The notes beneath the pieces were generated by a model that was not told the origin of the DNA, made no database searches, and was given only the letters and a program-made list of their open reading frames with translations. From the sequence record SRR22947725_172: a stretch of DNA of 40,922 nucleotides, one strand, 5' to 3'. This document shows positions 18,116 through 30,503 of the stretch, piece after piece. Positions within the stretch are counted from its first letter, which is position 1. Each line of letters starts with the position of its first letter. The position numbers were made by a program, and so were the translations under genes.

Positions 18116-19297
18116 TCAGGCGACGCTGCGTACGACCAGGCCAGTCCGGAGTTTCGGCGTGAAAAAGGTCGACTTCGGGGGCATCAGCAGACCTTCCCGA
18201 GCGGTGCGCTCGATCTCAGCGACGCTGACCGGGCGGATGAGGACGGCACCTGTGGCGGCGCCGCTCGTGACGGCTTCGACGACGTTGGTCACGCCATGCT
18301 GGTAGGTCACAGAATGCGCAACCTCGGCCAGCACGTGTTCGAGCCATGCTCCATCCAGTGACCGCACGTCATCGAAGGCGCTCAGCTTGGGTGCCAGCCA
18401 CTGCCCAGTGCCATCGGGTCCAATCAAACAGAGCTTTCCGTCGGCCTCCATGGCAGCGAGCGTGTCGGCCGTGGGCGTCCCGGCATCGGAGAGATCAAAC
18501 GCGGTGCTCAGTGCCGATCGCAGCGCGTCGAAGTCGATGTCGGTGTACAGCCGGTGGATCGCCTCGACGCTGAGCTGGTCGGCCACCAGTTCGCTGACGA
18601 AGGCCAGCGTGTCTTCGGCATGTGCGTTCGTGATGCCACTGGCCCGAACCTCATCGCGGAAGGTGCGACTGATGCCGTACCGGTGATGGCCGTCGGCAAT
18701 CAGGACATCGTCGGATCCGACCTTCTCGGCGATCGCAGCGACGCGGCCCGCGTCGCTGACACGTTCCACGACGTGCTCGACGCCATCAACGGTCACCGAT
18801 GACAGGTGCTCACCAGGTTCGGCCAGCAAGTCGGTCAGGCCAGCGGCGAGCGAGAGACCCCAAATCGGAGACATATTGGCTTGGGTGGCGCGAGTGAGGT
18901 CGAGCCGATCGGTCGACGCCTTCGGTGTGACCCGTTCGTGAGGAAGGACGCCGCCGGCGCCATCGTCGACGACTTCCAAACCGCCGAGTACTCCGGCAAT
19001 ATCGCGTGGGGCTCCGGTGGCGTCGGTGAATCGCATGCGATAGATCGTGAAGGTGGGGGAGTCGTCGAAGTCGACCACTCCCGCGTCGATCCACTCGCGA
19101 AGCACGCTGCCGGCGCGCACGTACCTCTGAGGGCCGGCGGTTTCGCGTGGTACGTCGACGTGCGTGATGTTGAACGCGCTGCGCGCGTTGAGTGCATCGA
19201 TGTCCACCTCGGACAACACGTCGTAGGGCGGGGCGATTACGTCGTCGATGGTGCGATCGCAGTAGCGGAGAGCTGGAAACGGAGTAAAGCGTGGCAC
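18116..19297 (-). CDS. DUF1015 family protein
   Basis: PFPALRY, APPYDV, VLPHE, DRLDL, IADGHHRY, MPPKSTFFTPK.RTGL. Confidence 0.93.
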   Translation of the reverse strand: MPRFTPFPALRYCDRTIDDVIAPPYDVLSEVDIDALNARSAFNITHVDVPRETAGPQRYVRAGSVLREWIDAGVVDFDDSPTFTIYRMRFTDATGAPRDIAGVLGGLEVVDDGAGGVLPHERVTPKASTDRLDLTRATQANMSPIWGLSLAAGLTDLLAEPGEHLSSVTVDGVEHVVERVSDAGRVAAIAEKVGSDDVLIADGHHRYGISRTFRDEVRASGITNAHAEDTLAFVSELVADQLSVEAIHRLYTDIDFDALRSALSTAFDLSDAGTPTADTLAAMEADGKLCLIGPDGTGQWLAPKLSAFDDVRSLDGAWLEHVLAEVAHSVTYQHGVTNVVEAVTSGAATGAVLIRPVSVAEIERTAREGLLMPPKSTFFTPKLRTGLVVRSVA

Positions 19298-19369
19298 CAG
19301 ACCAGCATGCCAGTGTTGGACTGCATCGGGTGCAACGATCTACGCGTGATGGACAACAAGATGAGTTCC

Positions 19370-20152
19370 ATGCGCACGGTGCTGTGCGATCTCGATGGAG
19401 TGGTCTGGCTGGCCCACGAGCCGATTCCAGGATCGTCCGATGCCGTTGCCCGACTTCGAGCATCTGGTCGTCGAGTGGTCTTCGTAACGAACAACTCGGC
19501 TGCCCGCGTCGAGGAACACATTGCCGCACTTCTTGACGTCGGAATCCGTGCCGATGGCGACATCGTCAGCTCATCCACTGCTGCTGCACTCCTGATCGTG
19601 CCAGGTGAGCGGGTTCTCGTGGCGGGTGGCCCGGGAGTCGTGCAAGCGGTTGAGAGCCGCGGGGGCGTCGCTGTGATCAACGACGGGACGGTGGACGGCG
19701 GACCATTCGATGCGGTGATGGTTGGGCTCCACCGCGATTTCGACTACGCACGTTTGGCCGCAGCGGCAAGTGCTCTGCACGGTGGAGCGCGATTGATCGG
19801 GACCAACTCCGATTCGACCTACCCGACGCCGCGAGGACTCGAACCAGGCGGTGGCTCAATTGTGGCAGCGGTCGCATCTGCGGGTGAGCAGCTTCCGACC
19901 TTCGCAGGCAAACCGCACCAACCGATGGCTGCAGCGATCGCGGCGCTGATCGGCGACGACTTCGATGCAGCGACCACGGTGATGGTTGGGGACCGTCCGG
20001 AAACCGACGGTTTGATGGCTGAGCGTTTGGGTTGTGCATTTGCGTTGGTCCGGACTGGCGTGACACAACCGGGACAGGTGGTTGACGTCGACCTCCCGGT
20101 TACTGCAGACCTGGCGGATCTTGCTGCCGTCGCAGCGGCCATCTTGGATTGA
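19370..20152 (+). CDS. HAD-IIA (NagD/Rv1692-like) phosphatase
   Basis: CDLDGVVW, FVTNNS, GTNSD.TYP, AGKP, MVGDRPETDG. Confidence 0.93.
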   Translation: MRTVLCDLDGVVWLAHEPIPGSSDAVARLRASGRRVVFVTNNSAARVEEHIAALLDVGIRADGDIVSSSTAAALLIVPGERVLVAGGPGVVQAVESRGGVAVINDGTVDGGPFDAVMVGLHRDFDYARLAAAASALHGGARLIGTNSDSTYPTPRGLEPGGGSIVAAVASAGEQLPTFAGKPHQPMAAAIAALIGDDFDAATTVMVGDRPETDGLMAERLGCAFALVRTGVTQPGQVVDVDLPVTADLADLAAVAAAILD

Positions 20153-20245
20153 TTGCCTGATTTGTTGTCGTGCGAGCCCACGCGCCATCGGGCGTAGTGT
20201 CCGTTCAACCGATAGCAGACCGAGGGCAGCGATCCAGGCGGCGAG

Positions 20246-20257
20246 TACAATGGGGCG
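20246..20257 (+). promoter_or_regulatory. Leaderless -10 element
   Basis: TACAAT + 6 nt + ATG 20258. Confidence 0.65.
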
Positions 20258-20803
20258 ATGGCCATTTCACCGATCCAGAAGCTCATTGACGCCGGGATTC
20301 AATTCACCGATGTGTCGAAGAAACAGGCAGAGAAAATCGTCTCGGAGTTGGTCAAGGCCGGCGACGTGCAGAAGCGCGATGCCGAGAAGGTCGTTTCGCA
20401 GCTTGTTGAGCGTGGCAAGGAGACGTCCGACAAGGTCGCCGAAGTCGTCCAGCGCGAAGTCGCCAAGCAGGTTGGCTGGGTGTCGGAGCGGTTCGACGAA
20501 CTCGAGGATCGATTCGAAGAGATCGCTGGACGTCTCACCGATCGGGACCAAGGATCCCCACAGCCGAAGAAGGCCCCAGCGAAGAAAAAGACCACGGCCA
20601 AGAAGGCTCCAACAAAGAAAAAGCCCGCCGCCAAGAAAAAGCCCGCCGCTAAAAAGAAGACGACGGCCAAGAAAGCTCCAACAAAGAAGAAGTCTGCGAG
20701 TAAGAAGACTGCGAGCACGAAGGCTGCGAGTAAGAAGACCGCAGCAGTCGGAACGTCGGGCGTGCCCAAGGTCGCGACCAAGCGCGCCGCTCGGTCGGAC
20801 TGA
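20258..20803 (+). CDS. Phasin-like helical protein with Lys/Ala/Thr-rich histone-H1-like tail
   Basis: N-terminal helical region (AEKIVSELVKAGDV...); C-terminal KKAPAKKKTTAKKAPTKKKPAAKKK repeats; position upstream of tlyA. Confidence 0.85.
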   Translation: MAISPIQKLIDAGIQFTDVSKKQAEKIVSELVKAGDVQKRDAEKVVSQLVERGKETSDKVAEVVQREVAKQVGWVSERFDELEDRFEEIAGRLTDRDQGSPQPKKAPAKKKTTAKKAPTKKKPAAKKKPAAKKKTTAKKAPTKKKSASKKTASTKAASKKTAAVGTSGVPKVATKRAARSD

Positions 20804-20813
20804 CGAGACTCTG

Positions 20814-21581
20814 GTGGCGGCTCGGCGGCGACTCGACGCCGAATTGGTGCGACGCGAGCTCACATCCAGTCGGACCGAAGCGCAGCAGCTGATCGTCGCG
20901 AATCGGGTGCTCGTGAACGGCTCAGTTGCGGCGAAGTCGTCGCGCCAGGTTGCACCCGGAGACGCGCTCGTTGTTTCCGGACCACCGGCCCGCTTCGTCG
21001 GTCGCGGTGGTGAGAAGTTGGAAGGCGCGCTCGCTCACTTCGGTCTCGATGTCACTGGCCTTCGAACGCTCGACGCCGGAGCCTCGACAGGTGGCTTCAC
21101 TGATTGCCTTCTGCAGCGTGGGGCACGCGAGGTGGTCGCACTCGATGTCGGTCATGGCCAGCTTCATGAGCGGTTGCGCGGCGATAAACGTGTGATCAAT
21201 ATGGAGCGGACCAACGTTCGGCACATCTCCGTCGCCGATATCGGTGGGCCAGTCGACGTGGTCGTCGGTGATCTCTCGTTCATTTCGTTGGCGCTGGTCA
21301 TTCCCGCCTTGGTGTCGGTGTGCCAACCTGAAGCTCCCATGGTGCTGCTCGTCAAACCCCAGTTCGAGGCCGGCCGTTCGGAGGTCAGCAAGGGGCGCGG
21401 AATCATCACCGACCCGGTGATCCACGAGCGGGTTCAAGTCGAAGTCGCTGACGCCTTTACCGAGAGCGGCTGCATCGTGCACGACTGGACGACGTCGCCG
21501 ATCACCGGGGCCGACGGCAACATCGAATTCCTCGTCCACGCAACGGCACCAATGCTGCAATCCAGCGAGACAGAGCAATGA
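20814..21581 (+). CDS. tlyA: TlyA family rRNA (cytidine-2'-O)-methyltransferase
   Basis: RRRLDAELVRR S4 domain, FVGRGGEKL, LDAGASTGGFTD, DVGHGQL, DLSFISL, LVKPQFE, GNIEF. Confidence 0.96.
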   Translation: MAARRRLDAELVRRELTSSRTEAQQLIVANRVLVNGSVAAKSSRQVAPGDALVVSGPPARFVGRGGEKLEGALAHFGLDVTGLRTLDAGASTGGFTDCLLQRGAREVVALDVGHGQLHERLRGDKRVINMERTNVRHISVADIGGPVDVVVGDLSFISLALVIPALVSVCQPEAPMVLLVKPQFEAGRSEVSKGRGIITDPVIHERVQVEVADAFTESGCIVHDWTTSPITGADGNIEFLVHATAPMLQSSETEQ

Positions 21582-22426
21582 GCGGCGTCGCGCTGGTCGC
21601 GCACCATGAGCGGGATACGGCTCGGGCTCATGCACTCCGTGCAGCAGTGTGGTGCGCGGAGCACCAGCAAGACTTCTGGATGCCGCAGCAGGACGCCGAT
21701 GCGCTCGACCTGTCCGAACACGCTGACGACCGAGCGATCGCTGAGGCCGACATCGTGTTGAGCTTGGGTGGCGATGGCACGATGCTGCGCTCGGTCGGGA
21801 TGCTTGAGGGCGCCACGGTTCCGGTGCTCGGCGTGAATCTGGGCTCGTTGGGGTATCTGACCGAAATCGAGCCAGATTCCCTCGAACTCTCGCTGTCCTC
21901 GTTCTTTGCCGGACCCGAGTCGGGCGAGTGGCATATCGATGACCGAATGATGCTCGATGTGTCCGTCAACGGAGTTCACGCAGGCCGTGCGCTCAACGAA
22001 GCGGTCGTCGAGAAGAGCCAGTCCGGGCACACCGTCCGACTGCTCGCCCGGATTGACGGCGAACCTTTCACGCACTACGCAGCTGACGGTCTCATCGTCG
22101 CGACACCGACTGGATCCACCGCGTACTCGCTGTCGGCTCGCGGGCCGGTGGTGTCGCCCCGACATCGGGCCGTGCTGCTCACGCCCGTAGCGCCACATAT
22201 GCTCTTCGATCGGTCGTTGGTGCTCGATCCAAGCGAGGTCGTCGAGATCGAGGTCTCGGGACATCGTCGTGCCGAAGTCGCCATCGACGGCCAGCCGACC
22301 GCCACGCTCGACGACGGTGACGTGGTCTGCTGTGTCCCGTCGCCGGCCACCGCCAACTTCGTCCGATTCGGCACGTATCGGTACCACCAGATCCTCAAGG
22401 CAAAATTCGGACTCACTGATCGGTGA
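21578..22426 (+). CDS. nadK: NAD(+) kinase
   Basis: LGGDGTML, GVNLGSLGYL, ALNE, ADGLIVATPTGSTAYSLSA.GP. Confidence 0.97.
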   Translation: MSGVALVAHHERDTARAHALRAAVWCAEHQQDFWMPQQDADALDLSEHADDRAIAEADIVLSLGGDGTMLRSVGMLEGATVPVLGVNLGSLGYLTEIEPDSLELSLSSFFAGPESGEWHIDDRMMLDVSVNGVHAGRALNEAVVEKSQSGHTVRLLARIDGEPFTHYAADGLIVATPTGSTAYSLSARGPVVSPRHRAVLLTPVAPHMLFDRSLVLDPSEVVEIEVSGHRRAEVAIDGQPTATLDDGDVVCCVPSPATANFVRFGTYRYHQILKAKFGLTDR

Positions 22427-22429
22427 CCG

Positions 22430-22746
22430 TGCCGCTCCTGGGCGGATGAGGCGTGCGGCCCAGTCCGTGCCCCGCAACCCGATACATCCGATTGTCGGGC
22501 CACCGGACGTTGGGATTGTGCGATGCGCAGGTCCCAACCAGACCGGTTCGCTGTCGTAGCTGACATCGGCCGCGTTATCGAGTTCTCCGTATCGCCGGAA
22601 CGCCTCTTGCCCTGACGTTCCATCGACGCCGAATCCTGTGAGGGCATGCTCGCGGAACTCAGGAGATTGAGCATCACGACAGGCTCATCAGGGTCGGCTT
22701 GCCGCATTTGTTCGAGCGCTTGATCATCGACCTCGATGTCTCCCAC
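22430..22746 (-). pseudogene. Frameshifted, 3'-degraded DUF1330 family gene
   Basis: DPDEPVVMLNLL then 1 nt missing at 22658-22659 (CTG AG TTC); the shifted frame reads FREHA..GFGVDGTSGQEAFRRYGE...PVWLGPAHRTI; the expected C-terminal half is not recognisable. Confidence 0.75.
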
Positions 22747-22838
22747 GCTTGGAGTCTCGCGTGCTCGTTGCGATCATGTGCACTTCGGCCGGAAGCCGTT
22801 CTGGCTGCGTTGCGGAGTCCGCTCGCGAGCGGACTCCC

Positions 22839-22854
22839 TCGAACAAAAGTTCGA
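22839..22854. promoter_or_regulatory. LexA SOS box upstream of recN
   Basis: TCGAAC-AAAA-GTTCGA, exact actinobacterial TCGAAC-N4-GTTCGA consensus. Confidence 0.85.
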
Positions 22855-22869
22855 TCGGATGCGCAACTC

Positions 22870-22898
22870 TGTGACTCTGGGTTGTCATACTTGAAAAC
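22870..22898 (+). promoter_or_regulatory. PafBC/RecA-NDp-like leaderless promoter of recN
   Basis: TGTGAC-N10-CATACT, then 7 nt to GTG 22899. Confidence 0.55.
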
Positions 22899-24500
22899 GT
22901 GTTGACCGAACTCCACATTGAGAACCTGGGCGTGATCGAGCGACTCGAGCTGATGCTCGGCACTGGGCTCACAGCGCTGACGGGCGAAACCGGAGCCGGC
23001 AAAACGATGCTCGTCGACGCGATCGAACTGCTCGTCGGTGGTCGAGCCGATACCGCAATGGTTCGGCAGGGCACGACCGAAGCGCGAGTCGATGGTCGTT
23101 TTGTCGCAGCCGATGGCACCGAGACCATTCTGAGTCGGGTCATTCCGGCAGAGGGTCGTTCCCGGGCGTATGTCAACGGTCGCCTGGCGACGGCGACACT
23201 GCTCGCTGAGTCAGCTGCGGATGCAGTCGATCTGCACGGACAGCATGCGCACCAGAACTTGCTGTCGGTGTCCACGCAGCGGGCTGCACTCGACGAGTAT
23301 GGCAACGTCGACCTCGGTCCACTGCGCTCGGCGCGTGGCAGGCTGGCAGAAATCGATGCGGCGCTGGCCACGTTGGGCGGTGATGCTCGGGCGCGTGCCC
23401 GAGAGATCGATTTGCTCCGGTACCAAGTCGCTGAACTCGATGCCGCAAACGTTGTCGATGCCGGTGAGGACGGGCTGCTCGACACCGAGGAGTCAGTGCT
23501 CGCTGACGCCGTTGCCCACCGCGAAGCCGGAGGCAGTGCGTATGCAGTGCTCGCCGACGATGATGGTGCTCGTGATGTTCTCGGGCGGGCGCTCTTAGCG
23601 TTGGACGGCCGACAGCCGTTTACGGCCCAGGCCGCACGACTCCGCGAGTTGCTCGCCGAGGTCGATGATCTCGTGGCCGAAGTGCGCGATATTGCTGACG
23701 GCATTGATGAGTCGCCTTACCGGCTCGCTGTGCTTCGCGAGCGGCGCCAGGTGCTGAACGATCTTCAACGCAAATATGGCGATGGTCTGTCTGCAGTCAT
23801 GTCCTTTCACGCCGAAGCCGAAGATCGGCTCCGCGAACTGGAGAGTTTCGACGAGCGCGCTGCTGTGTTGGATGCGCAACGCCAGTCGGTCCTCGCCGAA
23901 GAGCGCGCCGTTGCCGAAGCGGTCGGGCGTGCCCGCAGGGCAGCGGCGCCCAAGCTGGCAGCTGCGGTGCAGAAGCGGCTACGCACTCTGGCCATGCCGA
24001 ATGCGGCGGTTGCCGTCGAAGTCGGAGAACATGGCGACGACCACCCGGGGGACCGCGTGCAATTCCTCCTCGCTGCTAATCCGGGGTCGCCAATGTTGCC
24101 GCTGACCCGCGTGGCATCGGGTGGCGAGCTTGCCCGAGCGATGCTGGCGTTGCGACTCGTCCTGTCTGCTGCGTCCGGCGCACGCGCTCATGACACGTTG
24201 GTTTTCGACGAGGTCGACGCCGGAATCGGGGGCGAAGCGGCACAGGCCGTCGGCGACGCACTCGCAGCGCTCGGCCGCCACCACCAGGTACTGGTCGTGA
24301 CCCACCTGGCCCAAGTCGCCGCCACAGCCGACGCCCACGTATCGGTGTCAAAGAAGGTCAAGAAGGGCGCCACGTTCGCCACCGCTCGACATCTCCCAGC
24401 TGATGAACGCGTCGACGAAATCGCCCGGATGTTGTCGGGCTCGTCAACTCAATTGGCTCGCGAGCACGCCCGCGAACTCCTTGCGGAACTACCTGTATGA
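22899..24500 (+). CDS. recN: DNA repair protein RecN
   Basis: LTGETGAGKT, HGQH, ASGGELAR, VFDEVDAGIGG, VTHLAQVA, RVDEIARML. Confidence 0.97.
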   Translation: MLTELHIENLGVIERLELMLGTGLTALTGETGAGKTMLVDAIELLVGGRADTAMVRQGTTEARVDGRFVAADGTETILSRVIPAEGRSRAYVNGRLATATLLAESAADAVDLHGQHAHQNLLSVSTQRAALDEYGNVDLGPLRSARGRLAEIDAALATLGGDARARAREIDLLRYQVAELDAANVVDAGEDGLLDTEESVLADAVAHREAGGSAYAVLADDDGARDVLGRALLALDGRQPFTAQAARLRELLAEVDDLVAEVRDIADGIDESPYRLAVLRERRQVLNDLQRKYGDGLSAVMSFHAEAEDRLRELESFDERAAVLDAQRQSVLAEERAVAEAVGRARRAAAPKLAAAVQKRLRTLAMPNAAVAVEVGEHGDDHPGDRVQFLLAANPGSPMLPLTRVASGGELARAMLALRLVLSAASGARAHDTLVFDEVDAGIGGEAAQAVGDALAALGRHHQVLVVTHLAQVAATADAHVSVSKKVKKGATFATARHLPADERVDEIARMLSGSSTQLAREHARELLAELPV

Positions 24501-24519
24501 AATTTGATTCGTAACGCGG

Positions 24520-26795
<2,276 letters not shown>

Positions 26796-26796
<1 letters not shown>

Positions 26797-27722
26797 TGGC
26801 TCGCGCCGAACTACCCCTCGCCATCGAGGAGTTCCTCTCGTGGATGGTGGCTGAGAAAGGTCGATCTGCGAACACGCTCGCGGCCTACCGGCGTGACCTC
26901 ACTGCGTACTGCGATTGGCTCGATCGACGCGACCGGACGGTGTGGTCGGTGTCGCACAGCGAGTTGGTCGACTTTGTCGGCGAGCGACGTGCATCGGATG
27001 CAGCAACGTCATCGATTGCGCGTCAACTAGCTGCGATTCGGATGCTCCATCGCTATCTGTCGATTGAGGGCGAACGCCCAGACGACCCGGCAGCGGAGTT
27101 GGAGGGCGTTCGAGTGCCGTCCGGTATTCCAAAACCGCTCACCGAGGACCAGGTCAGCAGCCTGCTTGACGCGGTGATCGGCACCGAGCCGCTGCACACT
27201 CGTGACCGGGCGTTGTTGGAGTTGTTGTATGCGACCGGTGCCCGGATCTCTGAAGCAGTCGGCCTGTCGATCGGCGACATCAACCTCGATGACAAGCTCG
27301 TGCTGCTGTACGGCAAGGGCGCAAAGGAGCGGCTGGTTCCCTTTGGTGGAGCAGCCCAAATGGCCATCGAAGAATGGTTCGGCAGAGGAGGTCGTGAGCG
27401 GCTGATTCCGGCTCAGTGGCGGAAGCGAGGTGACGCGGAGGCGGTCTTTCTCAACTCACGCGGCGGGCGTCTGACACGTCAGGCCGCCTGGCTGATCGTG
27501 AAGAAGTACGGCGATCGAGCTGGTATCTCGGAGCAACTCTCGCCGCACGTGCTGCGGCACAGTTGCGCCACTCACCTGCTTGACCACGGCGCGGATCTCC
27601 GCGTCGTCCAAGAAATGCTGGGTCATGCGTCCATCTCGACGACGCAGATCTATACGCGAGTCAGCCAGGAGCGATTGTGGGACGTGTACCGGTCGGCCCA
27701 TCCCCGCGCCACACTGCACTGA
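26796..27722 (+). CDS. xerD: Chromosomal tyrosine recombinase XerD
   Basis: NTLAAYRRDL, RDRALLELLYATGARISE, GKGAKER, SPHVLRHSCATHLL..GADLRVVQEMLGHASISTTQIY. Confidence 0.95.
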
Positions 27723-28183
27723 TGTCGTCGCTGTCGCTCAGCCCGACGGGCGTCTGGCACCTCGTCGCCCGCTTCGTCACTTCACTGGCGCCGACGCCGC
27801 CGCCGGCCGAGCACGAGGCATGGGTCGATGAACACCTGCTGCCAGGCGAACGCGCCCTCTGGGTCGAACTGAACAATCAGGATCGCCGACACAGCGCGCT
27901 CGTCGCTCAGCGGTTTGTCGTGGAACGACCGGCGGCGAGCAGGGCCGAGATCGCTGGCGCAATCCTGCACGATGTCGGCAAGATCGAATGTCGGCTCGGT
28001 ACCTTCGGCCGTGTCATTGCAACCATTGTCGGTCCTCGAACCACGCGTTTCGCTGCATACCACGACCATGAAGCGATCGGTGCCCGGATGGCCACTGCGG
28101 CCGGTTCCGATCCGATCACTGCCGAACTGATTGCGGGCGAGGGTCCGGCCTACGAGGCACTCAAGGCGTCAGACCACGCGTGA
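27722..28183 (+). CDS. HD-domain protein
   Basis: DRRHS...AILHDVGK...H..IGA...D; TGATG-coupled to xerD. Confidence 0.8.
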   Translation: MSSLSLSPTGVWHLVARFVTSLAPTPPPAEHEAWVDEHLLPGERALWVELNNQDRRHSALVAQRFVVERPAASRAEIAGAILHDVGKIECRLGTFGRVIATIVGPRTTRFAAYHDHEAIGARMATAAGSDPITAELIAGEGPAYEALKASDHA

Positions 28184-29484
28184 TGCTTGCCGGAGAGCAC
28201 GGTTGCTGTGCGGCGATGGTTCACAATGGCTCGGAGGGTCATCCACACCAGCAGCCCGAGCCAGATACCCACGATTCCGAGTGACGGGGTCACGATGACG
28301 ACCGCCGCGATCGGCGCGACTGCCAGCAGATAGGCGAATGACGCGCGTCCAATGAACCGGTAGTCGGCTGCACCGATCAGGATCCCGTCATAAGCGAATG
28401 CAACAGCGCCGGGGAGGAGCAGAACGGCCAGGATGAGCAGCCCGCTGGTCGCCCGGCTGATCACGTCAGCGTCGCTTGAAAAAGCGCGAGCAAGCAGCGG
28501 TGACGCGGCGGCAATCACGACGGCGAGCCCCGTCGCAAAGATCACGGACAGGCGCACGACGCGGCGAGCGAGCACGAGCGCATCGGCGCCGTCGACCCCA
28601 CGCTCGACGCGTCCCAGTTCCTCGGCGACCAACGTCTGCGCCGGAACAGCCAGAGCGTCCAGTGTGAGTGCCAGGAAGAGGAACATCGTGACCACGATCT
28701 GGTGGGCGGCCAGCGTGGCGTCATCAATGCGCGCTGCAATGGCCGTGGCGCCGGTGAAGACAGCCAGAATTGAGCCAACGCGGAGCAAGAGATGGCGGCC
28801 GGCGGTCAGCAGCGGCAACATCTCGGACCAGTTCGGTCGTCGTTGCGAAGCGGGCTTGAGCCGGCCTTGGATGACGACCACGAATGCGATGCCGGCGCCC
28901 ACTTGGGCAATCACCGTGGACCATGAGGCCCCAGCGATGCCGAGGTCGAATCCGAACACCAAAACGAGTTCGACGACCACGTTGACGATGTTCGAGCAGA
29001 CCAAGATGATCAGTGGCGTTCGGAAGTCAGATGCGCCGCGTTGTACTCCCTGTGCTGCGAGCGAGACGACGACGAACGGCACGCTGAGCGCAGCGATACG
29101 CAGATACTCAACGGCGAAGTCCAATACTTCGTTGCTGGCACCCAGCGCTGATGCCATCGGTTCGGCACCCAGGATCAAGACGGGCACGGCGGCGATTCCG
29201 ACCATTGCGCCGAGCCACACCGCCTGCACGCCGACGTTGGCCGCATCGGTGTTTTGTTCTGCGCCGAGACGGTGAGCAACGCGTTGCGTCGTGCCGTAGG
29301 TGATGAAGTTGCTGCTTGCGATCACGAGCGAGAGGATCGCGACAGCGATGGCGAGCCCGCCGAGTTGATCGGTTCCGAGTCGACCAACCACCGCCGTGTC
29401 GACGAGGCGATACAACGGCTCCGCCGCCAAGGTGCCGAACGCGGGAAGGGCCAGCGCAATAACGCGCCGGTCGAGTTTGTTCAA
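28150..29484 (-). CDS. MATE family efflux transporter (DinF-like)
   Basis: LALPAFGTLAAEPLYRLVDTAVVGRLG, YGTT, AAHQI, LDALA, DGILIGA; about 12 TM; TTGA overlap with trpS stop. Confidence 0.93.
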   Translation of the reverse strand: MNKLDRRVIALALPAFGTLAAEPLYRLVDTAVVGRLGTDQLGGLAIAVAILSLVIASSNFITYGTTQRVAHRLGAEQNTDAANVGVQAVWLGAMVGIAAVPVLILGAEPMASALGASNEVLDFAVEYLRIAALSVPFVVVSLAAQGVQRGASDFRTPLIILVCSNIVNVVVELVLVFGFDLGIAGASWSTVIAQVGAGIAFVVVIQGRLKPASQRRPNWSEMLPLLTAGRHLLLRVGSILAVFTGATAIAARIDDATLAAHQIVVTMFLFLALTLDALAVPAQTLVAEELGRVERGVDGADALVLARRVVRLSVIFATGLAVVIAAASPLLARAFSSDADVISRATSGLLILAVLLLPGAVAFAYDGILIGAADYRFIGRASFAYLLAVAPIAAVVIVTPSLGIVGIWLGLLVWMTLRAIVNHRRTATVLSGKHHAWSDALSAS

Positions 29485-30503
29485 GCCGGCAACATGCCGA
29501 TGTTCGTGTACGCCCGCTCGAGGGTTGCAGCGGCAACGCCTCTGGCCCGCTCTGCGCCAATCTTCAGCAGCCGCGCAAGCTCACCGCGGTCCTCCATCAG
29601 CTCGTTGTAGCGCTCGCGGATGGGATCGAGCACGGCCAACACCGCCTCGCCAGTGGCGACCTTCAAGGCGCCGTACTGCTCGAACTCCTCCGCAACAGCC
29701 TGAGGTGTGCGGTCGGTGACGGCAGCATGGATCTCGAGCAGATTGCTGACACCTGGCTTGATCTCGCGGTCGAAGCGCACCGAATCGGGTCCGGTCTCGG
29801 AATCGGTGACCGCTCGTTTGAACTTCTTCATGACGGCCTTGGGATCATCGGTGAGGTAGACGCAGCCAGCATCGGACTCGTCAGACTTCGACATCTTCGA
29901 TGAGGGGTCCTGCAAGCTCATCACTCGTGCGCCAGCAGCGGGTGTGACTGCTTCAGGCAGCTCAAACGTGTCGCCGAACCGATGATTGAACCGGAGGGCG
30001 GCATCGCGCGTGATCTCGATGTGCTGGCGCTGGTCGTCGCCGACAGGGACCTGATTGGTGTCGTAGAGCAGGATGTCGGCGGCCTGCAGCGCGGGGTAGG
30101 TGAAGAGCCCGCCGCTGATGAAATCCTGCTCGCGTTTGGCCGACTTGTCCTTGAACTGTGTCATCCGCGACAACTCGCCGAAACTGATGGTGCACTCCAT
30201 GACCCAGCCCAGCTGGTTGTGCTCGGGCACATGGCTTTGGACGAACACAGTTGCGAGGTCGGGGTCGAGGCCCACTGCGAAGAACATGGCGGCCAGCTCA
30301 ACCGCAGCCTGACCGACGACCCCTGGTTTGTCGGTCACGGTGAGCGCATGCAGGTCGACGATGCCGTGGAACGCATCGTTGCGATGCTGACCAGCGACCC
30401 AGGGTTGCAGCGCACCGAGGTAGTTCCCGAGGTGGACATCACCCGTCGGCTGCATGCACGACAGCACGCGGGGCTTGGTAGAAGATGCTGCTGGATCGGT
30501 CAC
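29481..30503 (-). CDS. trpS: Tryptophan--tRNA ligase
   Basis: QPTG..HLGN (HIGH), YPALQAADILLY, VPVGDDQRQH, KMSKS; start GTG 30503. Confidence 0.97.
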   Translation of the reverse strand: MTDPAASSTKPRVLSCMQPTGDVHLGNYLGALQPWVAGQHRNDAFHGIVDLHALTVTDKPGVVGQAAVELAAMFFAVGLDPDLATVFVQSHVPEHNQLGWVMECTISFGELSRMTQFKDKSAKREQDFISGGLFTYPALQAADILLYDTNQVPVGDDQRQHIEITRDAALRFNHRFGDTFELPEAVTPAAGARVMSLQDPSSKMSKSDESDAGCVYLTDDPKAVMKKFKRAVTDSETGPDSVRFDREIKPGVSNLLEIHAAVTDRTPQAVAEEFEQYGALKVATGEAVLAVLDPIRERYNELMEDRGELARLLKIGAERARGVAAATLERAYTNIGMLPA

